From contig NIVC01001867.1 of assembly GCA_002269645.1 (NCBI GenBank), positions 1 to 64,000 of the forward strand: a DNA stretch of 64,000 bases, read 5' to 3'. Made by a program: the position numbers and the translations under genes. Positions 35,572 through 47,872 of the stretch are shown piece by piece (the first letter of the stretch is position 1; each line of letters opens with the position of its first letter). Under the pieces are notes generated by a model, which saw nothing but the letters and a program-made list of their open reading frames with translations, did no database searches and was not told where the DNA came from. The stretch is from Macrostomum lignano. Lineage: Eukaryota.

Positions 35572-37885
35572 TTAATCTATCGGATTATCTAGCTACTAAT
35601 CTATCGGATTATCTAGCTACTAATCTATTGGATTATCTAGCTACTAGTCTATAGGATTATCTAGCCTATCTAGTCTTATCTAGTCTATCAGATTATCTAG
35701 CTACTCATTTATCGGATTATCTAGCTACTCATTTATCGGATTATCTAGCTACTCATTTATCGGATTATCTAGCTACTCATTTATCGGATTATCTAGCTAC
35801 TCATTTATCGGATTATCTAGATACTAACCTATCGGATTATCTAGCTACTAACCTATCGGATTATCTAGCTACTCATTTATCGGATTATCTAGCTACTCAT
35901 TTATCGGATTATCTAGCTACTAACCTATCGGATTATCTAGCTACTCATTTATCGGATTATCTAGCTACTCATTTATCGGATTATCTAGCTACTCATTTAT
36001 CGGATTATCTAGCTACTAACCTATCGGATTATCTAGCTACTCATTTATCGGATTATCTAGCTACTAACCTATCGGATTATCTAGCTACTCATTTATCGGA
36101 TTATCTAGCTACTAACCTATCGGATTATCTAGCTACTCATTTATCGGATTATCTAGCTACTAACCTATCGGATTATCTAGCTACTCATTTATCGGATTAT
36201 CTAGCTACTCATTTATCGGATTATCTAGCTACTCATTTATCGGATTATCTAGCTACTCATTTATCGGATTATCTAGCTACTAACCTATCGGATTATCTAG
36301 CTACTCATTTATCGGATTATCTAGCTACTCATTTATCGGATTATCTAGCTACTAACCTATCGGATTATCTAGCTACTCATTTATCGGATTATCTAGCTAC
36401 TCATTTATCGGATTATCTAGCTACTCATTTATCAGATTATCTAGCTACTAACCTATCGGATTATCTAGCTACTCATTTATCGGATTATCTAGCTACTAAC
36501 CTATCGGATTATCTAGCTACTCATTTATCGGATTATCTAGCTACTAACCTATCGGATTATCTAGCTACTCATTTATCGGATTATCTAGCTACTAACCTAT
36601 CGGATTATCTAGCTACTCATTTATCGGATTATCTAGCTACTCATTTATCGGATTATCTAGCTACTAACCTATCGGATTATCTAGCTACTCATTTATCGGA
36701 TTATCTAGCTACTCATTTATCGGATTATCTAGCTACTAACCTATCGGATTATCTAGCTACTCATTTATCGGATTATCTAGCTACTCATTTATCGGATTAT
36801 CTAGCTACTCATTTATCAGATTATCTAGCTACTAACCTATTGGATTATCTATCTACTCATTTATCGGATTATCTAGCTACTCATTTATCGGATTATCTAG
36901 CTACTCATTTATCGGATTATCTAGCTACTCATTTATCGGATTATCTAGCTACTCATTTATCAGATTATCTAGCTACTAACCTATTGGATTATCTAGCTAC
37001 TCATTTATCGGATTATCTAGCTACTCATTTATCGGATTATCTAGCTACTCATTTATCGGATTATCTAGCTACTCATTTATCGGATTATCTAGCTACTCAT
37101 TTATCGGATTATCTAGCTACTAACCTATCGGATTATCTAGCTACTCATTTATCGGATTATCTAGCTACTCATTTATCGGATTATCTAGCTACTCATTTAT
37201 CAGATTATCTAGCTACTAACCTATTGGATTATCTATCTACTCATTTATCGGATTATCTAGCTACTCATTTATCGGATTATCTAGCTACTAACCTATCGGA
37301 TTATCTAGCTACTCATTTATCGGATTATCTAGCTACTCATTTATCGGATTATCTAGCTACTCATTTATCAGATTATCTAGCTACTAACCTATTGGATTAT
37401 CTATCTACTCATTTATCGGATTATCTAGCTACTCATTTATCGGATTATCTAGCTACTCATTTATCGGATTATCTAGCTACTCATTTATCGGATTATCTAG
37501 CTACTCATTTATCAGATTATCTAGCTACTAACCTATTGGATTATCTAGCTACTCATTTATCGGATTATCTAGCTACTCATTTATCGGATTATCTAGCTAC
37601 TCATTTATCGGATTATCTAGCTACTCATTTATCGGATTATCTAGCTACTCATTTATCGGATTATCTAGCTACTCATTTATCGGATTATCTAGCTACTAAC
37701 CTATCGGATTATCTAGCTACTCATTTATCGGATTATCTAGCTACTAACCTATCGGATTATCTAGCTACTCATTTATCGGATTATCTAGCTACTCATTTAT
37801 CGGATTATCTAGCTACTCATTTATCGGATTATCTAGCTACTCATTTATCAGATTATCTAGCTACTAACCTATTGGATTATCTATC
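35572..37885. repeat. 24-bp satellite (GATTATCTAGCTACTCATTTATCG), ~2.3 kb
   Basis: Direct tandem units with two interspersed variants (CATTT/AACCT); source of the DYLATHLS pseudo-ORF. Confidence 0.97.
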
Positions 37886-38274
37886 TAGCTAGCTAGCATA
37901 TCGATTACGAGTGAGTTTGAAATCCAGCAGACTATCCAGCTACCAAACCTTTGAAAAATTTACCTACTAATCCAACTAATCCAGATAGTAAGGCGTTATA
38001 TCCGGACAATAAATCTTTTTGAAAGCAGATTTTTAGAGTCTTTTGCAAGCTTGTTTTTCTTAACCTGATTTATGAACATCAGAAATATCTCTCGGAATGT
38101 CCGGGACCCTCCTTTGCTCGCAGCCAGAATAGTGCGGAATCCCATTGTTTGATAATGGGCAGGAAACATCGGCAGGGCAGTTGATGGCGGCTTGCTGTGC
38201 TGTCTGAGGCCAGTCGAAACTGAACTTGCGACAATACCTGGGCAAAAATTTCTTTATATGAAAGCCTTATGACC

Positions 38275-38540
38275 ACCACTAGCTGTCTTTGACCTCCAAT
38301 AGTTCTCTATGATCCCACTAGCTGTCTATAACTCCCACCAGCTGTCTATGACCCCCACTAGCTGTCTATGACCCCCACCAGCTGTCTATAACTCCCACCA
38401 GCTGTCTATGACCCCCACTAGCTGTCTATGACCCCCACCAGCTGTCTATGACCCCCACTAGCTGTCTATGACCCCCACTAGCTGTCTATGACCCCCACTA
38501 GCTGTCTATGACCCAAGTACAGCTGCCTATGACCCCAGTA
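38275..38540. repeat. 20-bp minisatellite (CCCACTAGCTGTCTATGACC)
   Basis: Direct tandem units. Confidence 0.9.
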
Positions 38541-39103
38541 GCAGTTCATTGCCCGCTACGAGTAGAATATAGAATATAGAAGAACATGGCAATGTTATAA
38601 GCAGGCTGTTATGAAAGCTCAAAAGTGGAACTAATTAAATAATAAGATTATTGACAAAGCAAAGACTAATAAGATTCACATCAAAAGTGAAGCCAGTGCA
38701 ATACCTGAGCAGCAAGTATCCCAGCTTGGCCGTATAATATGCAACAATTTGTTTTTTCAAGAGCATGCGGTCAGAAACTCGACCTGAAGCCTCACCAGTG
38801 ACTGCCTGACATTGGGTGAAATTTTCATTAAATTCAGGAGCTTCACAACATCAATCTCATTTTGTCGTGTTTTTTTACTTGATTTAATTTTTATCGTGCT
38901 CTGAATACTCTACTTGTTAGTAGAACTGTTTGAAAAAAATGCCTAAAATGTAGACGATAATTAAATTATTCGGTGCCGATTAAACTGAGCTTATCAGTCA
39001 GTTTCCAGTGTATTATTTTGAACAAGCAGAAGAGGTGGCAGATTCTAGGATAGAAGGAAAACTAAAAAAACTGTTTGCACACTGACAAGGTCAAGACAGG
39101 CTG

Positions 39104-42100
39104 TCAGTTGAAACCGTCATAGTCGGAGTTCTCCCGCTGCTGGGGCTGCTGCTTCAGCCGGTTGTCCAGCCTGTTGCCCTCGGCCAGGCTGCGGAAGTGC
39201 TGCGAGTTGGCGAAGGTCGAGTAGAGGGTGAACAGCACGTGCAGGGACTGCACCCGGCTCTTGTAGACTGGGATGTCCAGCAGGCCTGCGAGGGGGAGCA
39301 GAGGGATGCCAGTTGCTAAGGCGAAAAAGGCGGCTTATCTTAGTGTTAGCGTCTCTGTACCATGTGTTAGCATCCCTGTACACCTAGCATTAGCGTCCCT
39401 GCACACCCTCCGTTAGCGTCCCTGTAAAACCTGTGTTAGCGTCCTGTACAACCTGTGTTAGCGTCCTGTACAACCTGTGTTAGCGTCCTGTACAACCTGT
39501 GTTAGCGTCCTGTACACCCAGCATTAGCGTCCCTGCACACCCTCCGTTAGCGTCCTGTAAACCTTGCGTTAGCGTCCCTGTACAACCTGTGCTAGCATCC
39601 TGTACACCCTGCGTTAGCGTCCCTGTACAACCTGTGCTAGCATCCTGTACACTCTGCGTTAGCGTCCTGTGCACCGTGTGTTCTAGCGTCCTGTGGTCCG
39701 CACCTGAGTGCCCCTGTGTTTATACAGGTTGTTCAAGCACCCATGAGCCACCCAATCGCAACCCACCACAGACGATGTCGCAGAAGGCGGGCAGGTCGCA
39801 CTCCAGATCCGAGGTGGGCAGCCCGACCTCCTTAAGCAGCTCCTCAATCTCGGGCGGCCACTCGCTCATGAGCTGCTCAATGTCGGGCATGGGCTTGGTG
39901 TAGTTCACCGTTGGCGGCTGCTTGTGCTTGTGCAGCTCCGAGATGCTGGAGATCCATTTTTCAATTGCGTGCGGATTCCGTTCGGCGTTTTCCACCCGGG
40001 ACACCTGCGTCTTCTTGGACACCAGCAGCTTGCCGACAGCGCGCAGCTGCAGGTCCAGCACGGTGGGGTCGGACTGGCTGGCGCACGGCTCGTCCAGCAT
40101 CCGCAGGCCCAGCTGGTCCGGCTTCGAGTCCGGCCGCGGCACCTTGATGAAGGCGTCGATGTCGCCCACGGCCGGGATGAAGTCCGGGATGAACGGCTTG
40201 AGGCGGTGGTCCAGCTCGATGTGCTGCGGCGTGTAGCGCTTGATGTAGTCGAACAGCTCGGCGAACTCCGGGTGGCTGGCGCTCACGTCCCTGTAGTCCT
40301 CGGGGTTGTACGCGCCCTCGATCGGCTGCGTGTCGTCCTCCTCGGATTCCTCACCGCTCTCGGAGCCGCTCTCGTCATCCTCCTCCTCGGTTGGCGAGCG
40401 GGCCGGAGCTCGCGGCTGCTGCTGCGGCTGCTGCTGCTGTCGGTGATGGGGATGGTGATGGGGATGGTGATGGGGATGATGATGGGGATGGTGATGGGGA
40501 TGGTGATGGGGATGGTGATGGTGATGGTGATGATGGTGATGATAGTGATGGTGATGGTGCTTGAGATAATGCGTCTGTTCCCTAAACCTCTGCATTCCTC
40601 TAGAAATGAACTCTCCCATCCCCTCCTTGATCCGGCCGTGGACTGCAGCTGCCGCAGCTCACCATTCTCTGAGACCTTCCGCTGCCGCTGTCCTCCGAGC
40701 CGGGCCTGAGATGCTGCTGCTGCTGCTGCTGCTGCCGACTGTCTGGAGTTCGACCCGGTCCTGCGGGAGGCGGCGGCGGGTGCCTGAGGACTTTCAGCCG
40801 GGCGGGGGGCCGCAGCTGCTGCTCGCCGAACCACAGGTGGGGCTGGTCGGGAAGCTGTGACATCGAAGCGATGGGGATTTGGGAAGTTGGAAAAGCAGCT
40901 GACCCCCCTGGGGAGGACTGGCCTCGGTATTATACCTTAGTGGCTCAGCTTCGTCTTGCCCAGCCCCTCCTATAGGCAAGGTGTGCAGTGCGGACTGCGG
41001 AGCTCGTTAGGGAATCTGCGGAGGGAAGGGGGAGAGGTTCGGGCTCGGGGGGGGGGGAGCCTCAGCCTGGGATCCCCTTTCCCCTCGGGTAGGGAGCTCG
41101 GGCTGAGCGGGAAGAGCAGGAAGGAATTGAGGAGAATGTCTTCTAAGCTCATAATAATTGTGTGTCATTTGAGTCACGGGGGGGGGGGTTGCGTGCTCAA
41201 GGCAGCTGCTGCTCAGGCCCGATTAATGCTGGAAAGTGGCAAGGGCAATCGGGGGGGGGGGCAACAGTTGTGGATAGCGGCAGCAATTTGTGCAAGATTT
41301 ATGCCCAGAGTTAAGCAAATTAAGTGCAAGATTTGCATCGCAGTGCGAGAAGCATAATTACGTTGAGGTACTAACGATACTACTGAAGACAGCAATATAG
41401 TAGTGTATTATGTTTGGATAAGCAGTAATTTGTTAAGGCAGAGTAAACTAAAGGAAATAGTCTTACTGAACGATGGCACTCGGGGTGTGGCTATATCCTC
41501 AGTGTCGGGAATATCAATGGACTCGTCGTAGGGTTTGTTACTGTGCAAGTTTTCCTGTGAAATTCGGTCATGAATTTAGCGAATGTAGCGATAAGCAACG
41601 CAGCTGTTTAAAGCGAGGTTAAATACAACTACGTGATACAGAAATCATTGAGTAAAAATCCGTTGAAAACATTTTTTTTATATTGCAAGGCAATTTGTGA
41701 GCCAATTGCTGCTGATTACGAGCAAATTCAAACCAATTTTTCGTTATACAAAATATGTTTAATATTGTTAAGAAATTATTGGATTAGCAGTTGAGTTCAA
41801 TCTATTGAAAAACACGACGCGCTTTTAAAGAACCTCCTTCCAGTAAAACCTCCTGCTTACCTACTCCTCCTATTCTCGGAGTTGGCTCATATGTACTGTC
41901 TATGTCTTCTGGGTCGGAGACTTGCAACGACTCATCAAATGGCTGATTGTGGAAAATGGACTTGTTCTGGGGGAAGTTTTAAATTTAACACAATCTTAGA
42001 TTGAAATGCTAAGTTAAGACAATATGAATTGAATCGGAGATTGTATTCGTTGTTAACTTACAAAACATGCGTTCTGTTAAGAATATCGTATGGTGTATAA

Positions 42101-42507
42101 ATGACCCGGAATACTTATAAAAATGGGCTTGAAAATTTATATCCCATTTACGTATCGTACGTAGATGTATATAGTGTCCAGGAAAGACATAGTGAATAAT
42201 CTACCATCAGTTCATATGAACACAGAAAAATAATCAGGCAAAAAGCTACACGTCCTATTTAATAAATCATTTATTTTATCAATCATAAATTATACAACGT
42301 TTTTAAAGCCGACAATGTAAGTCAGAGATATGGGGGATATCTCTTTTCTCTTATCAATGGGGAATTCTTCTTAGTTTAAAATGAGACAAAGGTTCAAGTC
42401 ACCCGTACGAGTGAATTATTGCTTAAGTAAAATAGTACAAACAAGGAAATTATTTAAAAAAGGCACTCAATACTTACAGCCCCTTGTCTCTCCTCGTCGG
42501 AGTCCAT
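39104..42507 (-). CDS. IFT46: Intraflagellar transport protein 46 (IFT-B), ~355-365 aa depending on isoform
   Basis: Exon 42507-42478 (MDSDEERQGA, GTAAGT donor); optional 12-nt exon 42073-42062; alternative exons 41966-41861 or 41554-41467 (NQPFDE / NKPYDE); then 40760-40663, 40436-39767 (EGAYNPEDY, LKPFIPDFIPAVGDIDAFIKVPRPD, VLDLQLR, MPDIEQLMSEWP) and 39285-39104 (LLDIPVY...SLHVLFTLY..F.NSQHF). All phases are consistent. The core exons are certain; the 5' exons are inferred. Confidence 0.9.
39340..39670. repeat. ~22-23 bp minisatellite in the last IFT46 intron (GTTAGCGTCCTGTACAACCTGT)
   Basis: Tandem imperfect units between exons 39767 and 39285. Confidence 0.85.
40441..40556. repeat. (GGTGATGGGGAT)n/(GAT)n repeat reading as poly-His/Pro on the minus strand, immediately upstream of the IFT46 core exon
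   Basis: In frame with the IFT46 core ORF, but upstream of the ACCGACAG acceptor at 40437. Confidence 0.85.
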
Positions 42508-42519
42508 GCAGGCGCACAG

Positions 42520-42790
42520 AAAAATCTCAGCTATGCAAAATTGAAAAAGAAGGAAACTCTTTTTAAATAGTCTTAAGCAATACAATATTGATTTTAATAT
42601 AAATTCAAAAAAGTTTTCATACATTTTTTTGTATTAAATTGAGCAATAACGTAAATTTTAAAGTCAATATTTCACTAGCTTTGTTTAAAAATGATAAACT
42701 AACTTTCAAATTCTTGAGGAATGTGCTTCGTGCTTCTTTTTATTTCTTCGAAAGATCCGTCGGCCGTGTTGTGTGGACGTGGTAGTAAAA
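42520..42790. promoter_or_regulatory. Probable shared divergent promoter region between IFT46 (minus) and ZAK (plus)
   Basis: The IFT46 ATG is at 42507. A CpG-containing patch (42720-42780) ends in a possible donor (GTG|GTAGTA) ahead of a CpG-depleted block leading to the ZAK acceptor. Confidence 0.4.
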
Positions 42791-44573
42791 TAAATCAGGC
42801 ACGGATCCAGAAATGTTTTTAGGGAAGGGATGCAAGCTATACTAAGCAATACAACCCAATAGTGGACAAAAGACTTGGTATATTGTCTGGCCCACAATCA
42901 ATATGGCCCACATTTTTTGGCTGTGGCTGAGGGGGGCTGGGGGAGCCTTTTATTGATTTAATCCTTAGACCTATATTTTATAAATCATATTCAACATTCA
43001 AGTTCAAGTGCAGATCTAGAAAAAAGTATATAGGATTGAAAAAGGCTAACTAGGTCATTTTAAGAGTAGTAGGGCCTATAATAGGTAAACAATTGTAAAA
43101 TAAGTAAAAAATTGGCTTGGCTATAATTATAAATTAAATTTAGGCCCATATATAAGAACATTTTTGCCTTACTACAAGTGTAAATTATAGGGGCCTAGCC
43201 TCTTTCCTAGATGGCCTTTAAGATTTGACACCATAGTTCTTTTAGAATTTAGTTGCTATTGTTTAATAGAATATTTTAGGCTAAATAAATTGTTTATTAT
43301 AATCCCTATAGGCCTATCTCTTGCTAAAACCTCATACTAGATTTCTTAGGAATGTACACATAAGTCTATATGTAAAAATACATTTTTTTCTTGAATCATT
43401 TTGATATATAGAAAAGTGGCAAACTAGTTAAGTCATTTTTTTTCAAATGACAATATAAAACATTATATTCTATTTCCAAAAACCTTTTGTAATAAACCTA
43501 GAATAGAGAGATTATAATAATAAATAGTAAGATCTATGGTTTCTATAGAAATACATTGCAAAGATAGGAAAATATGCCTTTAGTTTAAGTTTAGGCATTT
43601 AATTAGGTAAGAAGCATCTAAAAATATATTGAAACCCAATTTGATAATGTGATAATATAAAAATATACCGTTAATAATAAATAAACTTTTATCTGCAATT
43701 CAAAAATGATGTTTCTATTGGAAAAGTATTAGATACTATCTTATTAAGGTTCTTCCTAGCAATAAATGTTTTGATCAATAATACTAATCTCTTTTATTAA
43801 TATCTTACATATTTTACAAGTTATATAAATGCATTAACTTTTATAGTGCTTCAAATAGTTTAATAATTATAAAAAACACCTTAAAATAATGCAACTATCA
43901 AAATTCTTACAATAGTGTCTTTGCTATATAATGCAAGAAGATAATACATGGGTCTAGCATTGCATAGCAAGAGGTAATAAGTTGCTTATAATGGCAAGTG
44001 TAGCATATTAAGACATGACATGATATAATAAAAATAGCATTTTTAATAGGCCTAGTATAGTGTAGCAAAATTGTGGCATATAGGTACATCAAGGCATAAA
44101 TCAACTATTTTTTACTATTGTATTTATAAAAAGGTTCTTAGCATATTAAGGCAATGTGTTTAAGTTTCCCCAACTAATGCTAAGGCCATTTTGCCTATTC
44201 TACTGACTGTTAAACATAAGCAAGTGCATAAATGTAGAAAGACTTAAAATAATATATTATAGTATATGTCTATGATGCTTATATTAGATGCAATGGCTAG
44301 GTCTATATATATAATCAAATTTATTATCTGAGTTTGTCATGATATAAGCATAGAAAATTTTAGCTTAGATATTTTTTAACTTAGCAATATCATTTTTGTT
44401 GATTTGCTTTTTAAAACTTGGTGTTTAAAGTAGAAGTATAGCTGTCATCATTTTTCAAAGATAACAAATAAGGTTCATTTTCATATATATTTTCTAATAA
44501 ATTTTTATAAACTTGCTGTTAAAATGTGACTTGCTTGAATCTGAACTTTGATCCCCGCCCCCTCCAGCTGCTC

Positions 44574-47500
44574 ATGTCTGGCATTCGCCAGATTCAGTAC
44601 GCGGACCTGCAGTTCCACGAGCTGCTGGGCGCCGGCTCCAAGGGCAGCGTCTATCGGGCCACTTGGAAAAGCGAAAACAGACAGGTGGCGGTGAAGAAGC
44701 TGCTTGAGCTGGACCAGACTGAAGCCGCGCTGCTCAACCAGGTGCGCCACAGGAACATCATCCAGCTGCTGGGGGCCAGCCTGCAGCGGCCCAATCAGTG
44801 CATCGTGTCGGAGCTGGCCCAGGGCGGCTCACTTTATGACTACCTGCACGACAGCGGCCGGGACCTCGGGCCTGACAGGCTGCTCAACTGGGCCACTCAG
44901 ATTGCCTGCGGAGTTCGCTACCTGCATGATGAGGCGCCGCAGACCATTGTGCACAGGTGGGTTTAACTGTTTTGCAACTCCCAGATTCTTAGGCTTGATC
45001 ATCATCACCCTCCTATATTCCCAAGCTGTTCCACCCGCCATTCTCCCATATTCCCAAGCTGTTCCACCCACCACCCTCCCAGATCCCCAGTTGCTGGGCC
45101 AGCCTCCCAGATCCCCAGTTGCTGGGCCAGCCTCCCAGATCCTCCGTTGCTGGGCCAGCCTCCCAGATCCTCAGCTGCTGAGCCAGCCTCCCAGATCCTC
45201 AGTTGCTGGGCCAGCCTCCCAGATCCTCAGTTGCTGGGCCAGCCTCCTAGAGTGTCAGTGACCGGGCCAGCCTCCCAGATCCTCAGTTGCTGAGCCAGCC
45301 TCCCAGATCCCCAGTTTCTGGGTCAGCCTCCCAGATCCTCAGTTGCTGAGCCAGCCTGCCAGATCCTCAGTTACTGGGCCAGCCTCCCAGATCCTCAGTT
45401 GCTGAGCCAGCCTGCCAGATCCTCAGTTACTGGGCCAGCCTCCCAGATCCCCAGTTGCTGGGCCAGCCTGCCAGATCCCCAGACCCAAAGCTTTCCACAT
45501 TGGCTCTTAAATTATCAAGCACAAGATGCTCTTCAAAGTACATCTAAGTCTGGGACCCCGGCCTACATCAAGTTTGCTGAGAGCGGCCTCAAAGAGTCGA
45601 GATTCGCTTTATCGCAGAATTTGAGCAGAAGCCCCTGAGTCAACAGCTGCCCTGTGAACCCCGCAGGGATCTCAAGTCGAAGAACGTGGTGCTGACAGCT
45701 GACTTCTCCGTCTGCAAGCTGTGCGACTTCGGCGCCGCCAGGGTGGTGCTGGGCAGCTCCGGGGTCACCCTGGCCGGCACCCCCGCCTGGATGGCCGTCG
45801 AGATGCTGCGCGGCGACCGGTCGGCGGGTAAACCGTGCGACGCCTGGTCCTACGGCGTGGTGCTGTGGGAGCTGCTGACCCGGCAGGTGCCGTTCAGGGG
45901 TCTGCAGCCGCTGCAGGTGAAATTTGTATTGAGATTGCAACTTGCTGGATATGCGTTTCTCATTGATTATCTGGGATCTAGTTGCTAAGGCTGGGATTAT
46001 CTGGGATCTAGTTCCTAAGGCTGAGATTATCTGGGATCTTGTTGCTAAGGCTGGGATTATCTGGAATTTTGTTGCTAAGGCTGGGATTATCTGGGATCTT
46101 GTTGCTAAGGCTGGGATTATCTGGGATCTAGTTGCTAAGGCTGGGATTATCTGGGATCTTGTTGCTAAGGCTGGGATTATCTGGAATTTTGTTGCTAAGG
46201 CTGGGATTATCTGGGATCTTGTTGCTAAGGCTGGGATTATCTGGGATCTAGTTGCTAAGGCTGGGATTATCTGGGATCTTGTTGCTAAGGCTGGGATTAT
46301 CTGGGATCTTGTTGCTAAGGCTGAGATTATCTGGAATCTAGTTCCTAAGGCTGGCATAGTTGCTAAGGCTGGGATTATCTGGGATCTAGTTCCTAAGGCT
46401 GAGATTATCTGGGATCTTGTTGCTAAGGCTGGGATTATCTGGAATTTTGTTGCTAAGGCTGGGATTATCTGGGATCTTGTTGCTAAGGCTGGGATTATCT
46501 GGGATCTTGTTGCTAAGGCTGGGATTATCTGGGATCTAGTTGCTAAGGCTGGGATTATCTGGGATCTTGTTGCTAAGGCTGGGATTATCTGGAATTTTGT
46601 TGCTAAGGCTGGGATTATCTGGGATCTTGTTGCTAAGGCTGGGATTATCTGGGATCTAGTTGCTAAGGCTGGGATTATCTGGGATCTTGTTGCTAAGGCT
46701 GGGATTATCTGGGATCTTGTTGCTAAGGCTGAGATTATCTGGAATCTAGTTCCTAAGGCTGGCATAGTTGCTAAGGCTGGGATTATCTGGGATCTTGTTG
46801 CTAAGGCTGGGATTATCTGGGATCTTGTTGCTAAGGCTGGGATTATCTGGGATCTTGTTGCTAAGGCTGGGATTATCTGGAATCTAGTTCCTAAGGCTGG
46901 GATAGTTGCTAAGGCTAGGATTATCTAGGATCTAGCTGCTAGGGCTAGGATTATCTGGAATCCAGTTGCTAAGGCTACGACTATCTTGAATAGTTACCGA
47001 AGGTAAGCAAGCTTCTCTGAGAGGATATTTGTACCAAGAGATTCGTTGGCTCCCGCCCGCAGATCGTGTACTCGGTGGTCGAGGAAGGCGAACGACTGCC
47101 AGTGCCGCCGCAGTGCCCGACGGGCCTGTCGCTGCTGCTGGAGAAGTGCTGGTCGGAGGACCCGACCAAGCGGCCGACCTTCGGCAGCATTGTGAGCCGG
47201 CTGGAGAAGCTGGCCGACCCGGACACCCGGGCAGCGCTGGACAATTTCGGCCGGCAGCGCGAGGTCTGGCGCGGCTGGCTGGACGCGGCCCTGGCGCGCA
47301 TGCGCCACACGGAGGAGGCTCTGCGCGCCCAGCGCCGGCTGCTGGACGGCGTGCGGCGCAGCGAGCTGGCGGGCAACCTGCGGCTGCTGCGGCTCAACGA
47401 TGTCAACCCCGCGGACTGGCGGGCCGCCGACCTCTGCCACTGGCTGGCCGGCCGGCTCGGCGGCTGCGGCGACCTCGCCCAGTACGGTCGGGTGATGCTT

Positions 47501-47647
47501 GAGCACGGCGTGGACGGCGCCGCCTTCATGGCGCTGACCGGCCCGGATCTGCTGGCCATGGGCGTCAAGTCCTACGGGCACAGGAAGGACCTGCTGGAGG
47601 CCAAGGAGCGGCTGCGGAGGATCAGCCATGCTGAGAGGTGAGGCTGC

Positions 47648-47682
<35 letters not shown>

Positions 47683-47721
47683 GCCTGTCTCTGTCTGTCT
47701 GCCTGTCTGTCTGTCTGCCTT

Positions 47722-47756
<35 letters not shown>

Positions 47757-47761
47757 GCCTT

Positions 47762-47792
<31 letters not shown>

Positions 47793-47797
47793 GCCTT

Positions 47798-47836
<39 letters not shown>

Positions 47837-47841
47837 GCCTT

Positions 47842-47872
<31 letters not shown>

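Noticed and set aside
36840-37892. 350-aa DYLATHLS repeat ORF
   Set aside because: Translation of the 24-bp satellite; no gene context.
40600-40863. IFT46 starting at the ATG at 40863 (MSQLPDQPHL...)
   Set aside because: Better-supported upstream exons carry the conserved NQP(F/Y)DE motif and splice in phase to the strong acceptor at 40761.
45563-46928. IIPALATRSQ / IIWDLVAKAG ORFs
   Set aside because: 30-bp intronic repeat between two kinase exons that join correctly without it.
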